A stretch of 64,000 nucleotides of DNA from Candidatus Aenigmatarchaeota archaeon (GTDB lineage: Archaea; Aenigmatarchaeota; Aenigmatarchaeia; QMZP01; QMZT01). The notes beneath the pieces are model-generated. The model was given only the letters and a program-made list of their open reading frames with translations, searched no databases and was not told where the DNA came from. The stretch is from NCBI GenBank assembly GCA_043808015.1, contig JAZDFI010000029.1, positions 32,001 through 96,000 of the forward strand, in the 5' to 3' direction. Both the position numbers and the translations under genes were made by a program. Shown one piece after another: positions 58,941-64,000 of the stretch. The stretch's first letter is position 1, and every line of letters begins with the position of its first letter.

Positions 58941-60149
58941 ATGGCGCAAAAATCATTGGGGGAAATATTCCAAAATTATGTTGAAAAGAAGTCGGTTTTC
59001 AAACAAAAAGACACACTTTCCACCCATTTCACACCAGACACAATACCCCACAGGGGCGCGCAGATAAACCAGATCGGCCTTATCCTGGCGCCCGTCCTGC
59101 GCGGTGAAAAACCATCCAACATATTCATTTACGGCAAAACAGGCACGGGCAAATCGCTTTGCGTCCAGCACACCACAACAAAGCTGCTAGAGGTTGCCAA
59201 AAAGAATGCGAGCGAAAACATCAAAACCATATACGTGAACTGTAAGATGAGCAAGGTTTCGGACACGGAATACCGCATGCTCTCGCAGCTCATATCCAAT
59301 TTTGGCGTCGAAGTCCCTTTCACCGGCCTGCCCACAAACCAGCTTTACAAACAGTTCTACAAACTGATTGACGAAAAAAAACAAAACATCATACTCGTTT
59401 TGGATGAAGTCGATGCTCTCGTCAGCAAGATAGGCGACGGCGTTCTGTACAACCTCACAAGGGTCAACCAGGACCTGAAAAACTCGAAGCTCACGGTCAT
59501 AGGCATTTCGAACAACATATCATTCATAAACGATCTCGATCCGCGCGTCAAGTCGTCGCTCTCGGAAGAGGAAATCGTCTTCCCCCCGTACAACGCCAAC
59601 GAAATAAAGGACATATTAACCGAGCGCGTGGGCATGGCATTCAACGATGGCGTCATTTCGCCTGCCGTCATAGCCAAATGCTCGGCGCTCGCAGCGCAGG
59701 AGCACGGCGACGCGAGGAAAGCCCTCGACCTGTTAAGGGTTTCCGGTGAGATAGCAGAGCGTCTCAACAACAGCATTGTTTCCGAAGACCACGTGGACAT
59801 AGCCGAACGCAAGCTGGACGTAGATAAGACCATAGAAATCGTCCAGAACCAGCCGAAGCAGTCGCAATGCGTCCTCATGGCCATAATCAGGCTTTTCAAA
59901 AGCGGCAAAAACGGCGTGCAAACCGGCGACATATACGACGTTTACGTGGAGATATGCAGAAAGAACAACATGAAGCAGCTGACGCAACGGCGAATATCCG
60001 ACCTCATATCAGAGCTGGATATGTTCGGCATCGTCAACGCGAAAGTCATATCAAAAGGCCGCTACGGCAGGACGCGTGAAATAAAGGTCGGGTTGTCCAG
60101 GGAAATAATAGAAAAAATAGAAAGGCTTTTCGGGTCCGATTTTGCCTGA
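58941..60149 (+). CDS. cdc6: Orc1/Cdc6 replication initiator
   Basis: YGKTGTGKS, VLDEVD, LDPRVKSSL, F.PY.A, HGDARKALDLL, GRYGRTR; start trimmed to MAQKSL. Confidence 0.97.
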   Translation: MAQKSLGEIFQNYVEKKSVFKQKDTLSTHFTPDTIPHRGAQINQIGLILAPVLRGEKPSNIFIYGKTGTGKSLCVQHTTTKLLEVAKKNASENIKTIYVNCKMSKVSDTEYRMLSQLISNFGVEVPFTGLPTNQLYKQFYKLIDEKKQNIILVLDEVDALVSKIGDGVLYNLTRVNQDLKNSKLTVIGISNNISFINDLDPRVKSSLSEEEIVFPPYNANEIKDILTERVGMAFNDGVISPAVIAKCSALAAQEHGDARKALDLLRVSGEIAERLNNSIVSEDHVDIAERKLDVDKTIEIVQNQPKQSQCVLMAIIRLFKSGKNGVQTGDIYDVYVEICRKNNMKQLTQRRISDLISELDMFGIVNAKVISKGRYGRTREIKVGLSREIIEKIERLFGSDFA

Positions 60150-60183
60150 CTACCTGCTATAATTTGCTCATGAAGGAACTACT

Positions 60184-61065
60184 ATGGAAAAAAGGGACAT
60201 ACTGGAGCTTTTTTTGAAGAGCGACGTCATGCTCTCACCGGAAGAGTTTGAAACTATCGATGAAAAAAATTACATGCGCATACTCGAGGAAAAGAAGAGC
60301 GCTTCCTCCAAAGACGACACGATAGTATCAAAGCCCAGAAACGGCAGGATATCATGCGACCAGTTCGTCAGGGCATCGGTCAATAAATTCGAATTTTTGC
60401 GGGGCATCATACTCAAAAAAACGGAAGCGGTTTCGATAAACAAGGCCAAGAAAGTCTTCTCCGAAGTCACCATAATAGGCCGTGTTAAGGAGACGTCGCA
60501 GCGCGGCTTCATCATCGAGGACGTTACCGGCGAAACTGAAGCGGTCTACGAAGGCAGGGACATAAGCGTTGGCGATGTCATCGGCTTGAAGGGGTATTTC
60601 AAGGAAAACAGTCTTTTTCCGGGCCAGGTCGTATGGCCTGACATACCATTGGATAACGTTCCGAAGCCGCCCGGCATCAGAATGACGCTGACCACGAAGG
60701 TAAAGGACGGCCGCATGCCGGGCCTGATAGTGTGCCCGGATTCTGAGAAGGCATGCAACGTGGTCACTGGTTTCGGCCGGTCAGGCTCGGTCAGCATAAC
60801 AAAACACGGATCAAGCCTCCTTCTCACGGCATATTCCAGAACGAATGAAATCAAGGAGGAAGATGCTGTAAAAATTCTGAAAAAACGCTCGTTGCCTGCG
60901 GATGGGCCGGTAGAAAACGTTATTGAGGAAATACCGCACATAATCTGGCTCTTCGACAACAAAAGGAACTGGGTCAAAAACTACAGGGGCGTCATTATAA
61001 TATCGACAGACAGCGAAAGCTTTGCCGACTACGACGGTCAGGAGGTCGGCTTCGGGAAGCTTTAG
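60184..61065 (+). CDS. Degenerate PolD small-subunit (DP1)-like protein: OB fold kept, exonuclease motifs lost
   Basis: VTIIGRV...IED.TG...DVIGLKG....F....WPDIP, LKKR.L, VIEEIP, YRGV; follows cdc6 as DP1 often does. Confidence 0.6.
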   Translation: MEKRDILELFLKSDVMLSPEEFETIDEKNYMRILEEKKSASSKDDTIVSKPRNGRISCDQFVRASVNKFEFLRGIILKKTEAVSINKAKKVFSEVTIIGRVKETSQRGFIIEDVTGETEAVYEGRDISVGDVIGLKGYFKENSLFPGQVVWPDIPLDNVPKPPGIRMTLTTKVKDGRMPGLIVCPDSEKACNVVTGFGRSGSVSITKHGSSLLLTAYSRTNEIKEEDAVKILKKRSLPADGPVENVIEEIPHIIWLFDNKRNWVKNYRGVIIISTDSESFADYDGQEVGFGKL

Positions 61066-61103
61066 CACAACCGTATTTAATAAAAAACACACAAAGGATT
61101 ATT

Positions 61104-61778
61104 ATGCTGAAAATACTTGTGGTAGCAGACATACATGGTGAATTCGAGAAGTTTTCTAAGATGATCGACAAATTGAAGAGATGTGATTTCGACGTCGTCG
61201 TCTGCCCGGGCGATTTTACGGACATGTACAACATACCCGAAGGATTCAACCAGACAGACATCGCCGAGCTGATAATACAGAAGCTTCTGTCTTTAGGCAA
61301 GCCGGTTCTTTGCATACCGGGCAACCATGAACCATATGAAATAATAGACCTGTTTGAGGAATACGGGGTTAACGCGCACGGCATAATGAAAAAAATAAAG
61401 GATTATGAGTTCATAGGCTTCGGAGGCGCTGCGACGCCATTCAACACGAAGTTCGAACCTCCGGAAGAGGAAATAAAGGCGTCGCTGGAAGCGCAGGCAA
61501 AAAAAGCAAAGGGTGGTTTCATCCTGCTCGTTCACAACCCGCCGTTCAACACAAAAATGGACAAAGTCGAGACAGGCGAACACGTCGGCTCGAAAGTCAT
61601 AAGGGAGTTCATAGAAAAAACCAAACCCATTTTAGTGATATCGGCGCACATACACGAGGCAGTAGGCACGGATAAAATAGGCAGGACGACGCTCTTCTAC
61701 CCGGGCGTTTCTTATGAAGGCAATTACGGCATAGTGGAAATCGGAAATGAAGTTAAATGTGAAATGAAAAAAGCGTGA
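61104..61778 (+). CDS. Calcineurin-like metallophosphoesterase
   Basis: ADIHG, GDFTD, PGNHE, VHNPP, AHIHE. Confidence 0.92.
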   Translation: MLKILVVADIHGEFEKFSKMIDKLKRCDFDVVVCPGDFTDMYNIPEGFNQTDIAELIIQKLLSLGKPVLCIPGNHEPYEIIDLFEEYGVNAHGIMKKIKDYEFIGFGGAATPFNTKFEPPEEEIKASLEAQAKKAKGGFILLVHNPPFNTKMDKVETGEHVGSKVIREFIEKTKPILVISAHIHEAVGTDKIGRTTLFYPGVSYEGNYGIVEIGNEVKCEMKKA

Positions 61779-61809
61779 AAGCGGGTTTCACACGTTCATA
61801 TTATTCATA

Positions 61810-62529
61810 TCATTGTATTGTTTTCAGCTTGCCCAGTATTTCTTCTATTGATTCAATACGGCAAAGGGCGACCGGTATTGATTCGACTTCGGCTATGTTC
61901 ATCGCGACCTCATTCACCTTGTCTATGCCGTGAAGCACGACAAGCCCGGGCTGCATGCCCGTGAGCTTGATGGCCACGAGCGGTGTTTTGCCTGTCGTCA
62001 CACCCGTGAATAAAAGCGCCCGCTGCGTTGTGGCTCCATATAGCTGTATCAGCTGGTTATGAGAAAGCTCCAGTATCGCTTTCACGGAGTCGACGACCGT
62101 GTAGCCGTATATGAACCTGTCGGCTGGCGCGCCTTTGGTGATTATGGGCGCGTTTATTCTCCTGCAGAACTCATCGACGCGTATGCCGGCGGCGAACTCG
62201 CGTATGTCTATAATGGCTTTCGAGAGCCCGGCCGGGCCTGAAGGCTGTGTGAATGTCTTAAGTACGGTGCCGCCTCTCTTAATGTCTATCGAAATGAGCG
62301 CATTGACGTAACGTTTTATGACGTTTATGCCCGGCGATTTCCTACGGCCGGACTCGTAATCGGATATGACGGATGACGTAATGCCAATATGTCCAGCCAG
62401 CTTCTTCTGGGAGAAGCCGAATATGACCCTCCATTTTTTCAGAACCTGCTCTGGCGTTTCAGATAGTATAATCTCTCCTATTATATCCTTGGCCAGCTTA
62501 TCCATTGAAAGGCGAAGTTCGTCAACCAT
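61810..62529 (-). CDS. XRE-type HTH transcriptional regulator (conserved archaeal family)
   Basis: LKKWR..F..SQ..LA...GITSSVISDYESGRRKSPG; GYTVVDS, RALLFT.V..G. Confidence 0.88.
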   Translation of the reverse strand: MVDELRLSMDKLAKDIIGEIILSETPEQVLKKWRVIFGFSQKKLAGHIGITSSVISDYESGRRKSPGINVIKRYVNALISIDIKRGGTVLKTFTQPSGPAGLSKAIIDIREFAAGIRVDEFCRRINAPIITKGAPADRFIYGYTVVDSVKAILELSHNQLIQLYGATTQRALLFTGVTTGKTPLVAIKLTGMQPGLVVLHGIDKVNEVAMNIAEVESIPVALCRIESIEEILGKLKTIQ

Positions 62530-62569
62530 AGAAACAATTTACGTTGAATTACTTAAAAACGTTTCTTCG

Positions 62570-62593
62570 ATGTTTAAACGGATGTTTAAACAT
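62570..62593. promoter_or_regulatory. Tandem palindromes ATGTTTAAACGG + ATGTTTAAACAT, putative operator
   Basis: 62570-62581 (10/12 match) and 62582-62593 (exact), followed by TTCTTAAG and the permease ATG 34 nt on. Confidence 0.68.
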
Positions 62594-62626
62594 AACTTCT
62601 TAAGCCGCTATCGGAAAATTTTTAAA

Positions 62627-63844
62627 ATGTTCATAGGATTGCTGCTGGCCGTGGCGTGCGGCCTGGCGCTCGGAATAGCGACGGGCCTGGTACCGGGCAT
62701 ACATCCGAACACCGTTTTTGCGCTGGTTCTGGCCGCTCCGCCAATTTTTACCATATTTTCACCTTATGCCGCCATGGCGTTCATAGTCAGTCTTGCCATC
62801 TCGAATACGTTTTTCGATTTCATCCCGTCCATCCTGTTTGGCGCGCCAGAAGAGGACGCGATACTTTCAGTCCTGCCCGGACACAAAATGCTCCTCGAAG
62901 GAAGGGGATATGAAGCCGTGTTTCTCACGGTCATGGGCGGCTTGGGCGTGGTTCTGCTAACGATAGCGACGCTGCCTTTGCTGTTCATGATGGTCCCGGC
63001 CATCCACTGGCTGCTGAGGCCGGTCATACACCTAATACTAATAGCCGCGGTCTCGTGGATGGTCCTGACAGAAAGACGCCGGTTAACGGCGCTGGCGGTG
63101 TTCCTGCTGGCCGGTCTGTTTGGGTTCATGTCACTCAACTCATTCCCGTCAGATTTCGCATTATTTCCCGCTTTGACGGGTCTGTTCGGCATTAGCACGA
63201 TCCTGACAAGCCTGATGTCGAAAGCTACAATACCGGAACAAAAAATAGAAAGCAACATTAAAGGAAACTGGCTGAAGGGCAGCCTTACGGGATGGCTTGC
63301 TGGCCTGCTGTCGGGTTTCCTGCCGGGTCTCGGCTCTTCCCAGACAGGCATACTGGCATCACAGGTTCTGAAAACAAAGACTCAGGAATTCATGATCGCG
63401 CTTGGGGGCATAAACACATCGAACATTTTCTTCACGTTCATAGTTTTCTATTCCATTGGAAAAACCAGATCAGGCGCGGTCTGGGCCATATCCAGGGTAA
63501 TGGAAACCCTGAGCGTAACAGACACCCTCCTCATCGTGGTGATAGGCGTTCTGGTGACATTGATTTCAGCGGTTTTGACACTCAAAATCAGCAAGTTCAT
63601 GGTAATGAAACTGAAACACGTGAATTACATGAAGTTGTCGCTCACTGTCCTTTTTTTGCTGATTTTCCTTGTGATTTTACTGGGCGGCATATATGGCATA
63701 GTCATAGCAGTAGCCGGCACTTTCCTGGGTTTGCTGGCCACCCGGGTGGGTGTGAAAAGAACACATCTGATGGGTTTCCTCGTCCTGCCGACCATTCTAT
63801 ACTTTTCAGGGCTCGATCCATTTCTCATAGCAGCTTTATGGTGA
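62627..63844 (+). CDS. TctA/DUF112 family integral membrane permease
   Basis: GLVPGIHPN, FIPSILFGAP, SVLPGHKMLLEGRG, LPGLG; about 11 TMs; start trimmed to MFIGLL. Confidence 0.88.
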   Translation: MFIGLLLAVACGLALGIATGLVPGIHPNTVFALVLAAPPIFTIFSPYAAMAFIVSLAISNTFFDFIPSILFGAPEEDAILSVLPGHKMLLEGRGYEAVFLTVMGGLGVVLLTIATLPLLFMMVPAIHWLLRPVIHLILIAAVSWMVLTERRRLTALAVFLLAGLFGFMSLNSFPSDFALFPALTGLFGISTILTSLMSKATIPEQKIESNIKGNWLKGSLTGWLAGLLSGFLPGLGSSQTGILASQVLKTKTQEFMIALGGINTSNIFFTFIVFYSIGKTRSGAVWAISRVMETLSVTDTLLIVVIGVLVTLISAVLTLKISKFMVMKLKHVNYMKLSLTVLFLLIFLVILLGGIYGIVIAVAGTFLGLLATRVGVKRTHLMGFLVLPTILYFSGLDPFLIAALW

Positions 63845-63863
63845 ATATAGCGGTGTTATGAAA

Positions 63864-63985
63864 ATCACGTGAAACAAACAACCCCCCTGTTTCCTATGAA
63901 GATTCTAAAAACAGTTATATATAGACACTATGAACGAAATAAAATTCCATCGGAAATGAAGGATAAACCAACTTCACCGTGAAAC
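63864..63985. other. Second cluster of ORB-like boxes in AT-rich intergenic DNA
   Basis: Minus-strand TTCATAGGAAACAGGGGGG (63882-63900), TTCCATCGGAAATGAAGG (63945-63962), TTCACCGTGAAAC (63973-63985). Confidence 0.5.
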
Positions 63986-64000
63986 ACATAACGTCCGAAT

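Noticed and set aside
1-64000. CRISPR arrays, rRNA, IS elements, integrases, inteins, and the many antisense or nested ORFs in the track
   Set aside because: No repeat-spacer periodicity or transposase/integrase motifs seen; RadA, RtcB and Cdc6 have normal lengths; shadow ORFs lie opposite well-supported genes

Overview
Gene-dense chromosomal segment of an archaeon. The gene content (RpoF, eL21, eS17, uL1-uL10-P1, RadA, RPA, DnaG, Orc1/Cdc6, thermosome, CCA enzyme, archease/RtcB) and the dispersed operons suggest a DPANN-type genome, possibly Aenigmatarchaeota-like; this is inference, not a database result. The window holds about 65 housekeeping and surface-protein CDSs, an SRP RNA that appears to lack helix 6, two intron-containing tRNAs (Arg-CCU with a T-loop 59/60 intron; Ile-UAU with a 56-nt structured intron), ORB-like boxes beside cdc6 and again at the window end, a scattered type IV pilus kit (2 ATPases, 2 TadC-like proteins, about 5 pilin-like proteins), four tandem paralogous lipoproteins and substrate-level ATP enzymes (PPDK, ADP-forming Acd, ArcE-like arginine synthetase). 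The most striking unexplained signal is the 12-bp palindrome ATGTTTAAACAT, found just upstream of a TATA-like element in three unlinked promoters (lamin-tail surface protein, rpa-radA, TctA/DUF112 permease); this suggests a DNA-uptake/recombination regulon. No CRISPR array, rRNA, integrase or transposase was recognised. All calls come from manual motif recognition; no searches were run.
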